Shown: positions 1 through 12,524 of the stretch, piece after piece | How the letters are laid out: each line of letters begins with the position of its first letter | Numbering within the stretch: the stretch's first letter is position 1 | Assembly: GCA_002104905.1 (NCBI GenBank) | Contig: MCFE01000416.1 | Coordinates: forward strand, 14,917 to 78,916 | Direction: 5' to 3' | DNA from: Basidiobolus meristosporus CBS 931.73 | Taxonomy: Eukaryota > Fungi > Basidiobolomycota | Length of the DNA stretch: 64,000 bases | Program-made: the position numbers and the translations under genes | Notes under the pieces: model-generated | What the model saw: only the letters and a program-made list of their open reading frames with translations | Told to the model about the DNA's origin: nothing | Database searches by the model: none

Positions 1-1300
1 GGCTTGTAGGAGATGTTCAACTCGGGGACTTGTTGGTCGTTATCGGCCTTCAAGAGACCGGCCAAAAGACGGATGAAGGTGGTCTTACCGGTACCGTTTT
101 GTCCCAACATGACAATGATTTCGGAATCAGTGAACTGACCAGCGTCGACGTTCAATTTGAAGTCGCCAAGAGTCTTGCTCATCTTGGGGTACTTGTATCT
201 TCTATTCTTCTCTAGGTCGTCGAATTGGTCTCCGGTCTCGGAGAGTCTGAAAGTCAAGGATTCGGTACGGAAACGAAGATTCTCGGTGGGGATCATTCCG
301 TCAAGGAAAATGTTGATACCTTCACGGACAGAGAAAGGCAAGGTAACCACACCATAAGCACTTGGCATTCCGTAAAGGACGCACACGAAGTCGGAAAGGT
401 AATCCAAGACGGACAGATCGTGCTCAACTACGATGACGTAGCAGAGAGGGTGAAGAAGGGAACGAATGGTTCTGGCGGCGTTTAGACGTTGCTTGACATC
501 CAAGTAACTGGATGGCTCATCGAACATGTAAATGTCGGCATTTTGGACGCATACGACAGCGATGGCGAAACGCTGAAGTTCACCACCGGAAAGCTGCTCC
601 ACCTGACGGGTAAGAACATCCTTCAGGTCCAAGGCGTCGAGCATCTCCTGCTTGTTGTTTCTCTCAAGCTTGGCATCCAACAAGTCGGTAACGCTACCGC
701 GAACGGCCTTGGGGATGTGATCGACGTACTGAGGCTTGATAATGGCCTTCAAGTTGTCCTCCAAAATCTTGGTGAAGTAGTTTTGAAGCTCAGAACCACG
801 GAAATGCTTGAGAATATCTTGCCAGTCCGGTGGGTCATCGAATCTACCAAGGTTTGGCTTGAGCTTTCCGGCGAGGATCTTCAAGGCAGTAGATTTACCA
901 ATACCGTTGGTACCCACCAGACCCAAGACCTGGCCAGGTCTGGGGACAGGAAGACGATGAAGCTTGAAAGAGTTGGCACTGTAACGGTGAGTGGTGTCCT
1001 TCTCAAGATTAGTGGGCAAGTTGATGATGGTGATAGCCTCGAAGGGACATTTCTTGGCACAGATACCACAACCAATACAAAGCTCCTCGGAAATGAAGGC
1101 GATCTTTGAAGCGGAGGTTACTTCAATGCAAAGTTTACCTGAACGATAGCCAGTTTAGAGCGGGAGCAAGACGGAAGCAAAGCTACGATGCACTTACCCA
1201 TACGGTTCACTGGACATCCCTTTTTACATTCTTGACGACATTTCTTGGGTTTACACTTGTCGGTACTGACAATGGCAATACGGGTAAGTTTGTCAGACAT
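1..1300 (-). CDS. RLI1: ABCE1/Rli1 Fe-S ABC ATPase (ribosome recycling); 3' part runs off the window start; one intron 1139-1197
   Basis: [35 protein letters not shown], spliced (GTAAGT..CAG) to [34 protein letters not shown] (two 4Fe-4S motifs). The frame continues to [19 protein letters not shown] at base 1. Confidence 0.96.
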
Positions 1301-1933
1301 GATGAGTAAAGAATCCGCACGAAACTAAACAAGCCGAAGACAGTTGTTCTACTTTTTTGTAATCGTATATATCCGACCAGTTTTTTTTTTAGTCACCCAC
1401 TTTTCTTCATTTCAATGTGGCCGCTATTATCTCCAATATATTTTCGAATAGCCTGGATTGACAGCCTGGGATTGGTGCAAAAAAATAGCATCATCAATAT
1501 CAAGGGTTGGAAAAAAAGGGGTAGACGTTTGGTAATGCCTCAACTCGTCACCAACATGACAACTCTGTATCAAAGGAGTTGTACAAACATATCTTGGTCG
1601 AAGAATCAATCTGGGGTCCCCACCATTGGCAGTGATGCCACTGAAACGATCATCCATCACCATCATCATCATGTGCAGGAGCAGCAGGTGCAAGTGGCAT
1701 TTGATGAAAGCTGCATCCATTAATCAAAGTTGGTTTTTTTAACTCCATTTCGCGTTTATTTGCCACTTGTTGTCTAAGGTTGGTTTAGCTAGAAAAGAGG
1801 GTGTTCGCACTAGGCTGGTACCCTGAAATATTTTTAGTGGATTTAGCGAGTGGAAATTTTTTGACAATTTCGAGATACAAGCGGTTATTGGAAACTTGGA
1901 CTTCCCGTTACTCTAAAGTTATCAATTAGGAAT

Positions 1934-2587
1934 ATGTCTCAAGCTGTTGGAAAGGTATTTGTCCCCAGATATTCGCTGTCCTCGATGTACCCACTCTCAA
2001 ACCACTTCTCTCGAACAACAGACCGCGTTGGCCTACTCCCGTGTGTGGCATTTGGTTGATGCTAAGGATCGTGTCCTTGGTAGAATGGCCACCTCAATTG
2101 CCACCACTCTTATGGGAAAGCACAAGCCAATTTTCGACCCTGCGTGTAGGTTATGTTTCCTTCGAGAATTCTCCTCCCACGTTTATTCATCGTTTGTTTC
2201 GTATCAATAGCCGATTGCGGTGATTATGTTGTTGTCGTTAATGCCAAGCATGTCCACGTCACTGGACGTAAGGCCGAGCAGAAGCTTTATAGACACCACA
2301 CTGGCCATCCAGGTGGTTTGAAGGAAATCCCATACAAGTACATGATGGAACACAAGCCTGAAGAGATTATTCGCCGAGCAGTGTCTGGCATGTTGCCCAA
2401 GAACAAGGTCCGTGAGCTCCGCTTATCGCGTCTCCTCATCTTCCCCGACGAGCAGCATCCACACGAAGGAAACATCATCAAGCGCTACGACGAGAAAATC
2501 AACCCCGACCCCAAAAACTACATGAAGTCCGAACAGTTCAAGCCCAAGCTTTACAAGAAGAAGCTCAACGACGTCAAGCAAAACTGA
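1934..2587 (+). CDS. MRPL23: Mitochondrial ribosomal protein uL13m (yeast Mrpl23 / human MRPL13); introns 1955-2021 and 2146-2210
   Basis: Spliced product MSQAVGK|[41 protein letters not shown]|[39 protein letters not shown], which carries the L13 signature motifs. Confidence 0.93.
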
Positions 2588-2945
2588 TTCGGTCACTACT
2601 TTGTATTCACAATTCCCATCTTTTGCATTATTGTTCAGAACCACCCCATCCCTTAGATATTTCGGATGTTTTCAGCGTTTCTTTGGATCTTTTCCCCGGC
2701 AATGCATATCCCACACCAAACTCTTCATCTCTAATAAATCCCTTTCGAGTGAGATGTCACTGTCACTGTCCAATCCTAATTTTGTTTAAGCAATGAGTGC
2801 GAGAGTTATGTGGAGTTTGCGAGCAATCTAATCATTTTGGATTCATGCCAATAATTTCTGGTCGAAATGTCATGGGAGCTGAGTCAATTTTATTCCAGTT
2901 AATACGTGTTGGTTGTCAACTCTTGACCTTCTGTGAACAGTAGAG

Positions 2946-5680
2946 ATGGCCTCGAAAGTGATTGCCGAAATCCAGCGGTCGTTCAAAACGAACTACTTTG
3001 CGACTACGAAAAAAGGTTTGACGACGGCTTTCATATCCCCCCTTCTGAATTTTCCTTGTGTAAATGCGGCCTTGGCACTCTTCATCCTTTCCTGCGGGCC
3101 CGGTTTCGTTCATCTTGTCCGCCGTCTTGGCATACCCGCATAGCACTCACTGTGAAGGATAAACGCTAACCCATTCCTCTCCCACCCATAGGTGAAACCT
3201 ATGAATTGCGGGCCGATCTTAATAGCGAGTACAGGGAGGCCAGAAAGGATGCAGTGAAACGTGTTATCGCCAACATGACAGTAGGAAAAGACGTCAGCGG
3301 TCTATTTCCGGATGTCATCAAGAACATGCAAACTGAGGATATAGAACTCAAGAAGCTGGTTTACCTGTATTTGATGAATTATGCCAAAACACAGCCCGAG
3401 CTGGTCATTTTGGCCGTAAATACTTTCGTCAAGGTACCCTCAAGCGCTCTTTTCGCACTCGATATCGTTCATCCTCCACACAATGAGCCAGCTAACCCGC
3501 GAACTTCTCCGCAGGACACCGAAGACCACAATCCTCTGATCAGAGCTCTTGCTATCAGAACCATGGGCTGCATCCGCGTTGACAAGATTACCGATTATCT
3601 TTGCGAACCTCTTGGAAAATGCCTTAAAGTATGGGGTTCGCTTGTGGTTGTTATGGTTCAGTTAACTTAACTTCAACTTGAATTGCGTCTAGGATGACAA
3701 TCCTTATGTTCGTAAAACTGCAGTTATTGCTGTCGCCAAGCTCTACGACCTTAATCCCGAGCTTGCCATCGAAAATGGCTTTGTATCCATGCTTCACGAG
3801 CTTGTTTCCGATTCCAACCCAATGGTAGAGCGCGTCGTGTAAGGCTTTCGTGCTCGCTGTACTAAGCCTATCATCCTAGGTTGTTGCCAACTCCTTGACC
3901 GCCCTTCGGGAGATCAACGAGAATTCCCCCAACAAGGACCTGTTTGTTGTGGACGCCGCCATTCTCAACAAACTATTGATCGCTTTGAACGAATGTACAG
4001 AGTAAGTCGCAGGTTTCGAATCACTGCAGGCAGCCCTATGCAGCTTACACCGTTTATCTCACAAACAACAAAGGTGGGGCCAGATTACCATTATGTCATG
4101 TTTGTCCGAGCGTAGGCCAAGGGATGCTGAGGAGGCGCAGAATGTTTGTGAGCGCGTGTTGCCTCGTTTGCAACACGCCAATGCCAGTGTCGTGCTTGCT
4201 GCTGTCAAGGTAAGTAAAGCTGCTCACACGATAGCCGGGTTCAGCGCTAACCGAGTGCCCTTAGGTTTTGCTACTTTACATGGACTATGCACAGAGCAGA
4301 GAGCTGCACCAACTCATCATTAAGAAACTAGCCCCACCACTCGGTAGTATCAACCAGAGATGTATTCAGCGACCAAGCAATTAACCAAGTCTATTTAGTC
4401 ACCCTCTTGTCCTCGGCCCCTGAAGTCCAGTACGTTGCTCTGCGCAACATCCTTCTTATATTACAAAAGAGACCAGAGGTTCTATCCAGAGAAATCCGAG
4501 TGTTCTTCTGTAAATACAACGATCCCCCGTATGTTAAGGTGGAGAAATTGAAGTTGATGATCAAGCTAGCCAACGAGACCAACGTTGACCAACTTCTGTC
4601 CGAGCTCAAAGAGTAAGCATCCCTGCCCCCCCCCTCCATGACTCGACGTCGTCGCTGACCTAGCATACGGAACTTCCCAGGTACGCAAATGAAGTCGATG
4701 TCGATTTCGTCAGGAAAGCCATCAAAGCAATCGGTAGCTGTGCCATTCGAATCGAGGCTGCTACCGAAAGATGCATCAACGTGTTACTAGATCTTATTAA
4801 CACCAAGATCAACTACGTGGTTCAAGAGGCCGTCATTGTCATGAGAGTAAGCGCCTTTGTTCTCCTCGGATGAATGCCACGCCTTATCAAGCTTGCTTCC
4901 AACAGGACGTGTTTAGAAAGTACCCCCACCAATACGAAGGGGTCATTCCCACTCTGTGCGAGAATCTAGAGGCGATCGATGAGCCGGAGGCTAAAGCATC
5001 GTTGATATGGATTATCGGAGAGTACGCGGAGAGGATCACAAATGCTGCCGAACTGCTTGAAACCTTTTTGGAGCAGTTCGACGATGAAAGCAACCAGGTA
5101 TGCGTCCCGGCCAAGTACACACTAGCGCACATTCCAGTGCCATAACCTGTATTGAAATCAACCAGGTCCAACTTCAACTACTTACCGCGGTGGTGAAGCT
5201 ATTCCTCAAGAAGCCAACCGAGTGCCAAAACCTCGTTCTCAAGACCCTCCAAACCACCACGCAAACCTGCGACAACCCTGATATCAGGGACAGGGCATAC
5301 ATCTACTGGCGCCTTCTATCCACAGACCCCCAGGCCGCAAATGTAATCCCAATCATAGTTAATCGTCAACAACCATGCCGCGAAGGCGTCTAACATCCCC
5401 TATCGATTCTGTCCCTTAGGCCATCGTGTTGTCGGAAAAGCCTCCGATTTCCGAAGACACCTCCGATCTGTCCGAAAGCCTCCTGAATGAGCTCATCTTC
5501 AACATCTCTACCATCGCCTCGGTCTACCACAAGCCTGCCCATGTCTTCTTGAACGATGGCAGAGTTGGCGCAGATGAAGCCCAGAGCTCACCGGACAAGG
5601 CAGAGGCGTTCATGCCAGAGACCTCAATCCACATTGAAAATGTCCCACAACCCACCAATGATCTCCTTATTGAATTCTAA
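2946..5680 (+). CDS. APL2: Clathrin adaptor beta subunit, AP-1 beta (Apl2-like); about 11 short introns
   Basis: TTKKG|[76 protein letters not shown]|[19 protein letters not shown]; later [18 protein letters not shown] and [19 protein letters not shown]. Stop after LLIEF. Confidence 0.9.
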
Positions 5681-6001
5681 GTTGATGTAACTCCACTAGC
5701 CGTCATCCCACCACATCTACCCTTGGCCAACGAAATGAAATCACTGAAATTAAATCCACCCAAGCAAAATTAATGAGTAGCCATTGGCTCGGTTGGTTCG
5801 AGGGGATCTGGGAGAATTTACCATTCGTTGAGGGGGGTTGTTTGTTTACTTATCAAATGGAAACAATCTCGAAAACATCAAAACAATTGTTTAGATTCTT
5901 TACTAAATGCTGCGCGGTGGTGGTCCCCTACTTTACCGCTTGACCCACCCATTTTCCTCTACCCACATTTTACTAATCCGACAAACTTCGATAGCACAGC
6001 G

Positions 6002-9000
6002 ATGCCGACAATAGACCCCAACTCTATGAATGTCGACGCCCACGAGGAAACCAAGCCTCGTTTAGTCATCAAGAAGATGGCGCTGATCAATTTCAAATCG
6101 TACGCAGGTCGCCAGGAGATTGGTCCTTTTCACAAGTCCTTTTCTGCCGTGGTAGGTCCTAACGGCTCCGGCAAGTCCAACGTCATCGACTCTTTGCTGT
6201 TTGTCTTCGGCTACCGGGCCAACAAAATGAGACAAGGGAAACTGTCGGAGCTGATTCACTCGTCGGCCAGATACCCCAACCTGGAGCACTGCACTGTGGA
6301 GGTTCACTTTCAAGAAATCATAGATCTACCTGGCCCGGATGCCTACGAACCTGTTCCGAACTCCGAGTTGGTTGTCTCCAGGTCTGCCTATCGTAACAAC
6401 TCGAGCAAATACTTCATCAACGGAAATCCTAGCAACTACACCGATGTCACCACTCTCCTGAAGTCCCGCGGGATTGATCTTGATCACAAGCGTTTCTTGA
6501 TCTTGCAGGGTGAAGTGGAGTCCATCTCACAGATGAAGCCAAAGGCCACCAATGAACACGAAGACGGACTCTTGGAGTATCTGGAAGACATCATTGGCAC
6601 ATCCAAATATAAAGAGTCCATCAAGGAGGCTGCCCAAGAGCTGGAGAACAAGAACGAAGAACGCAATGAGAAACTCACCAGAGTCAAGATTGTAGAGAAG
6701 GAGAAGCAGGGCTTGGAGTCCAAGAGAGCTGAGGCTTTGGACTTCGTGCGGTCTGAGAACGACCTGGTGCTCAAAAAATCAACCTTATACCAAGCCAACA
6801 TCATGCTTTGTGAGAGAAACATGGAGGCCATGACTCAAAAGATTGAGCAGATTCAACAGAAACTTCAGTCAGAGGCCGAGAAGCATTCCTCCGTAAAGGA
6901 TGATCTCTCAGTGTTGGAGAAGGATTACAATACCACAGTCAAAGAATACGAGGAGATCGGTCAGAAAACCAACGAGGTTCTCAAGGAGCTTGCCAAATAC
7001 GACCGGGAAGACATCGAGCTCCAGGAAAACAAGAAGCATTTGAAATCGAAATTAAAGAAGATCGCCAAGGATTATCAAAAGGTAACTGGAAGTCTGACTG
7101 CACGTCAAAGAAGCGATGCTAATCCCCACCTCTTTGTAGGATGAGTTGAAAAAGGCCGAGCTGGAAACTTGGTTCACCAACCATTCCGAAGATTTAGAAA
7201 AGGGCAATGCGGAGATCGCCACGTTGGAGGAGAACCTGACCAAGGAGGAGGCCGCCCTAGAGGAGATCACCGCCGGTTTGAAGGGGAAAACCGAAAAGTT
7301 CTCCATCAAAATCGAAGCCAAGCAAAAAGAACTCGCACCGTGGGTCGAGAAAATCAACCAGAAGCAGTCCCAAATTGACGTTGCCCAGTCGGAATACCAG
7401 ATGCTGGAAGCGAGATCTACTGCTGGCCAACGCTCTCTTGAGGAGGCTGTTATCGAGTTGAAGGAAACCAAAAACTCCATCAAGGAGAAGAGTGCCGAGT
7501 TGGAGCAGCTTCAACAAGAAAAGAGCGAAAATGAAAAGAAGGTGAAGTCCTTGGCTCGCAAACTCGAGTCAACCCAGACACGCGAAAAGGAGCTGAAGAC
7601 CGTTCTTGGTAAAGCCCGTGAAGTGGCTCAGGAGGCTCGAAACTCGTTACAGACTGCTAGTTCCAAGGGAGCAGTTCTGAGCAGCCTCATGAGACTGAAG
7701 GACCTGGGTCGTATCAAAGGGATCCATGGCCGTCTCGGAAGCTTGGGAGTGATTGATGACAAGTATGATATCGCCATTTCTACCGCATGCCCTTCCCTTG
7801 ATAATATTGTGGTGGATACCGTCCAGACCGGCCAGAACTGTATCGAATTCTTGCGTAAGAATAACCTTGGTCGCGCGGTGTTCGTTTTATTGGAGCAACT
7901 ACCCAAAATGAACTTGAATCCCATCAAAACCCCAGAGAACGTCCCTCGTCTTTATGACCTGGTTAAACCTAAGGACCCTATGTTTGCTCCAGCATTCTAT
8001 AGCGTTCTCCGGGACACCCTAGTTGCCAAAGACCTCGACCAGGCCAATCGCATTGCATTCGGGAAACAAAGATGGAGAGTTGTTACTCTTGACGGTCAAC
8101 TTATCGACAAGTCCGGTACCATGTCCGGTGGTGGCAACAAGGTACATCGCGGTGCCATGAGCTCCAAATTCGACATGGGCGACGTTGCCGAAGAAACCGT
8201 CATCGCGCTAGAGAAAAAAAGTGAGGCGAAAACGGTCGAGTACAGGACTTTCATTGAGAACCGCAAAGACCTCGAGAGGGAACTGGAAGAAGCCAAGGCC
8301 CTGCTTCCAGCCTTGGAACTGAAGATCTCCAAGTTGGAGATGGACATTGCCGCCATTTCCAACCAGTACGCTGAAGGAAAGAAGAAGGTGGTGGAGCTCA
8401 AAGAGCAGGTCATGCCTGATGAAAAGGATCTTCAAAGAATGGAGGATTTGGAAGGAGAGATTGCCAAGTACACCAAGGAACTGGACTCCTTGAAGTCCAA
8501 AGCATCCAAGTTTGAAGATGAGATCAAGAGCCTTCAAGACCAAATCCTTTCCGTGGGTGGTGTGCGTTTGAGAAGCCAGAACGCCAAGGTTGAGAGCATC
8601 AAGGAGCAAATTGAGACCATCAACAACACCATGGTCAAGTCTGAGGTCGAGAGGAAAAAGGCCGAGAAGGATCTGGTCAAGATCACCAAGACACTGGAGA
8701 ACTACGAAGCCGAAGTCAATGAGCTGAAGGATGAGCTGATCCAACTCAACGCACAGATTGAGGAAAAGACCAACGCGGCCATGGACATCCGTGCCAGAAG
8801 CGACGAGGCTCGAGAGATCATGGAAGAAAAGAAGATGGAGCTGGAGGAAATGAAGAAACTCCTTGAGGAACGCACGGCCATGTTCAACGAAAGCCGCGTC
8901 AAAGAAGTCAAACTACGCAACCAACTGGAAGACTCGGAGCGCAGCAGGGCTGAAAGCACCCAAAAGTCCAAGTACTGGAAGACTGAGCTTGACAGGCTCA

Positions 9001-9740
9001 ATCTTCAGGAAATCACCAACGAGGACTCGGAGAAAATTGAATTCCAGACATACACCCCCGAGGAACTGGAGGAGATTGACCGGGACGCGCTGAAAGAAGA
9101 GATAGCCGATCTGGAAAGCAAACTCCAGGAGGCCAAGCCCAACCTTAGCGTGCTGAACGAGTATCGCGAGAGAGAGGCCGAATATCAGACCAGGGTGGTC
9201 GACCTTGAGCAGGTGACCCAGAAGCGGGACGAAGCGAAGCAGACCTACGATAACCTCCGTAAATCCAGACTGGACGAGTTCATGATCGGCTTCAATACCA
9301 TATCTCACAAGCTGAAGGAGATGTACCAGATGATCACCCTCGGAGGTAACGCGGAATTGGAGCTGGTTGACAGTCTCGATCCGTTCTCCGAAGGTATCAT
9401 CTTCAGCGTGATGCCCCCCAAGAAGTCCTGGAAGAACATCTCCAACCTCTCAGGTGGTGAGAAGACGCTGAGCTCGCTCGCGTTGGTGTTTGCCTTGCAT
9501 CATTTCAAGCCCACCCCGCTGTACGTAATGGACGAGATCGACGCGGCCCTCGACTTCCGAAACGTCTCGATTGTTGCCAACTACATCAAGGACCGTACCA
9601 AGAACGCCCAGTTTGTGATCATCAGTTTGAGAAACAACATGTTCGAGCTGGCCGATCGCTTGGTGGGCATCTATAAAACCGACAACTGCACCAAGTCCAT
9701 TACAATTAACCCAGACAAGATGGCTACGGCTCTCATGTAA
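6002..9740 (+). CDS. SMC4: Condensin subunit Smc4; single intron 7082-7139
   Basis: Walker A GPNGSGKSN in RLVIKKMALINFKSYAG..FHKSFSAVVGPNGSGKSNVIDSLLFVFG; hinge GIHGRLGSLG; signature LSGGEKTLSSLAL; Walker B YVMDEIDAALD. Confidence 0.97.
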
Positions 9741-10229
9741 ATCAACGTACAGCTTAGATGGATGTATATATATGTAGATAATCATTTTTGTTCCAGAATA
9801 AATGCGCTTGTTTGATGTGTATCGCGATGACTGCCCAGTGTCCGGCAATTGTTTTGAATGATTTTGGGATGAAGCGCGTTGGGTCGAGTGGAAATATACA
9901 TCATTGGCTGTAATCCATGGGATTGATTTCATTCGTGAACGCGTGTCCTATCAAGCAGATATTGAGGATATTATCTAGGGCAAGTGAGAAAGTAAGGCGT
10001 CTTTTAATTTAGGCATATTCATTAAACCTGGTTGGATGAGCTGGGAATCTTTAGTTTAAACTTTAACTTGAATATTAGATACCCGTTTTTTCAAAATCGA
10101 AGTGGTTTTCTGATTCTGGTCAAGTGGAAATTTCCCCCTGATTACCTCAATACGTACACATCCCGTAGAGGGAAACAAAGACCAAGGCAGATAATAGTCC
10201 GACTACGGGGAGTAATGAATTGAAAGCAC

Positions 10230-12441
10230 ATGGAGAAAAGTTCACCGTCTTCAAGTTCTATTCGTTTCTCTAAGTACTCTTTAGATGTGAAATCCACACT
10301 ATACAAACAATACGCCTCTCGGGGCAAGGGTCCAGGCACAACCACCATCCCAATCCCTACCCACTCGGAGCTGTTGGCTTTGCAAAAGGAACTCCAATCC
10401 ATAGCAAAGAAAACCGCCTCCAAAGCTGCACAACTAGAAATAGACATCCAGCAACTGTCTACCATTTCGGAGACGAGAGTTGCCTCCAAGACCGCCCCCC
10501 TACTCCTCAAGTCATGGAGAAGAAAGAAAAACAGAAGAAGCTCGAGGCCGACACTCCGATCAAGAAGGAAAAGCCCGAAATCAAAGGTGAGTTTTTGGTT
10601 TTGTTCCCGGTTGATGTGGTTAGATGTATGCTCCGATGGTGGCTCATCTGTATGGCTGATCTTGCTTCATGTGTTGTTGGTCCCCTAACATCTGGCTGAC
10701 CTCTCGTCCCAACCCGTATATTGTAGTAACCATTGAAGATCTGGAAGAATTTCAAGAGCCAGTCACCCCACAATCGAGGGCTCGGAAATCTGCTCCTTCA
10801 CCGTCAGTGCCCCATTTATTCCTTCCCACTTTCCCTCCAGCTCGAGCACTCATCTTTTGTTCTCAGTGTAGCTACTGAAACAAAGCCTAAAAGAAAACGA
10901 AGGACCGGAACTCACGAGACTACTGATGTTTCTGATACGGACAAAGGTTGGTCGTAGCATTCCGTGTATTGCGCTGAGTATTCTCTAACGGTTGATGGGA
11001 TTTTAGATAGCCCTATGACTGGCACGCCCACACCACGGAAGACCCGTTCAAGCGACACACCCTCTAGTAAATCCAAACCAAAGCGGAGCGCCTCCCCTTA
11101 TGTGTCAGGGCGAGACAGCGCGTCTCGGAATTCCACCCCGCGGCCGTCCAAGGTGTGTATCTCCACAAACAAGGCCACCCCAGGGCTCACCACATCGACA
11201 CCCGTACTCATTACTTCTCTAGAAATCCGGCAAGAACTCGTCACATCTACTCAAGAAAAAGAAGGGTTCCGACACGCCGGAGGAGGCCAAGAAGTCTGCA
11301 AGAGGGACCCATGGAAAAGACATCGAGGAAGACTACCCCACCGCCAAGATAGCTAACCAAATCCCTATCCAAACGTACTGGAACTACATAGAGACATTCT
11401 TCCGTCCCATCACGGAGGAGGATATTGCGTTTTTAGAAGAGAAGGTATGTGCTTGTTTGCAGCTTCATGTTGTGCCTGTGGGAAGCCAATTGACCAAATC
11501 GCACCAACAGGGCGACGAGACCGAGCCGTACATAGTACCCGCCCTTGGGAAGAATTATCTTGAGGCCTGGGCAGAGGAAGAAAGGAAGCTCGTGCCTCAA
11601 TTTGATGATATCCCTCAAACGCCCAAGTTTGATCACATGGGCACCGTGAAGAAGGATGATTCCAGTGAATTTTCCGTGGAGGATCTCACGTGCGGCCCAC
11701 TCACGGAAAGAATCATCTGCGCACTGATCCAAGAAAACCTGGTTGACCCTCAGGAGTACTTGAATGACGAAGACTCGGATTCCAACACCGAAGATGGGCC
11801 TCAAAGTGAAGTCTACTCTTCGGAGCTCGCGGATATGGAAGAGCGTCTCAAGAGGGAGCTTCGATACATCGGAATCCTGGGTGACGAAGATGTAAGTGGC
11901 CTTGGTCCCTGGGGATCTTCTCGAGCACCGTGACTGACCTTACTTTAACGATAGATCGACTGGAATGCTCGGGAGGATGACGAAGTATCATCTAGCCTTC
12001 GGAATTTACAGAAGGAGCTACGGGACCAAGCCTCGATCAACAAGCTCAGGAAGGAGAAACTACTAACCATTAGCACTGAGCACCTCGCATGTCAAGAATA
12101 CCTACAGATCCTTGAGGAGCTGGACAAACAAATCGAACAGTCATATATCAAGCGAGTGGTGCGTAGCTTGATTTGTATTCTCTTTTCTTGGGCCCGATCT
12201 CTAACCACCTCCCCTCCTGATATAGCGAGCAGCCAAGTCAAAAAAGAAGAAACAAGTCCAACCCAAGGCTCTGTCGGAGAACACCACCAACATCATGGAG
12301 AGGCGGCAGCGATATGTGGAAGGGATTGGGTGCATATTTCCTCGAGAGAAATTCACGATTCCGGAGAACTCGATTTACGAGGAGATTTCCACCGCTCCTG
12401 ACATAGAGCAAGGAGGGCATACAGAAGATCATGTATTATAG
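10230..12441 (+). CDS. NGG1: Histone acetyltransferase adaptor Ada3/Ngg1 (SAGA/ADA/ATAC); multi-exon; apparent 1-bp deletion in the C6 run at 10495-10500
   Basis: N-terminal IPTHSELLALQKELQSI; Ada3 core KIANQIPIQTYWNYIETFFRPITEEDIAFLEEK|GDETEPYIVPALGKNYLEAWAEEE, CGPLTERIICALIQEN, MEERLKRELRYIGIL, REDDEVSSSLRNLQKELR. Last exon ends ..GHTEDHVL*. Confidence 0.88.
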
Positions 12442-12524
12442 TTTAAATTCTTGCTTAATAAAATACAGTGTATAATTTTGTTCCTAATTTTATTGACTTT
12501 CCACCGCTTCCACTTCCTTGGGGA

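Noticed and set aside
30-1109. Plus-strand ORFs (206, 86, 61 aa) over the first 1.1 kb
   Set aside because: Antisense shadows of the highly biased ABCE1 coding sequence.
1415-1723. ORFs on both strands between ABCE1 and MRPL23, with a His6 or Met4 run
   Set aside because: They arise from a short (CAT)n tract. There is no recognisable domain or splice structure, and they lie in a divergent promoter gap. Cannot be excluded, but unsupported.
5775-5815. tRNA/Pol III-like motifs (TAGCCATTGG..GGTTCGAG)
   Set aside because: No cloverleaf, the B box is incomplete and the spacing is too short.
5828-6001. In-frame upstream extension of SMC4 in the ORF track
   Set aside because: Starts at TTG and reads like promoter/UTR sequence; ATG 6002 is the first plausible start.
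7052-9932. Long minus-strand ORFs over SMC4
   Set aside because: Antisense shadows of the coiled-coil codon usage.
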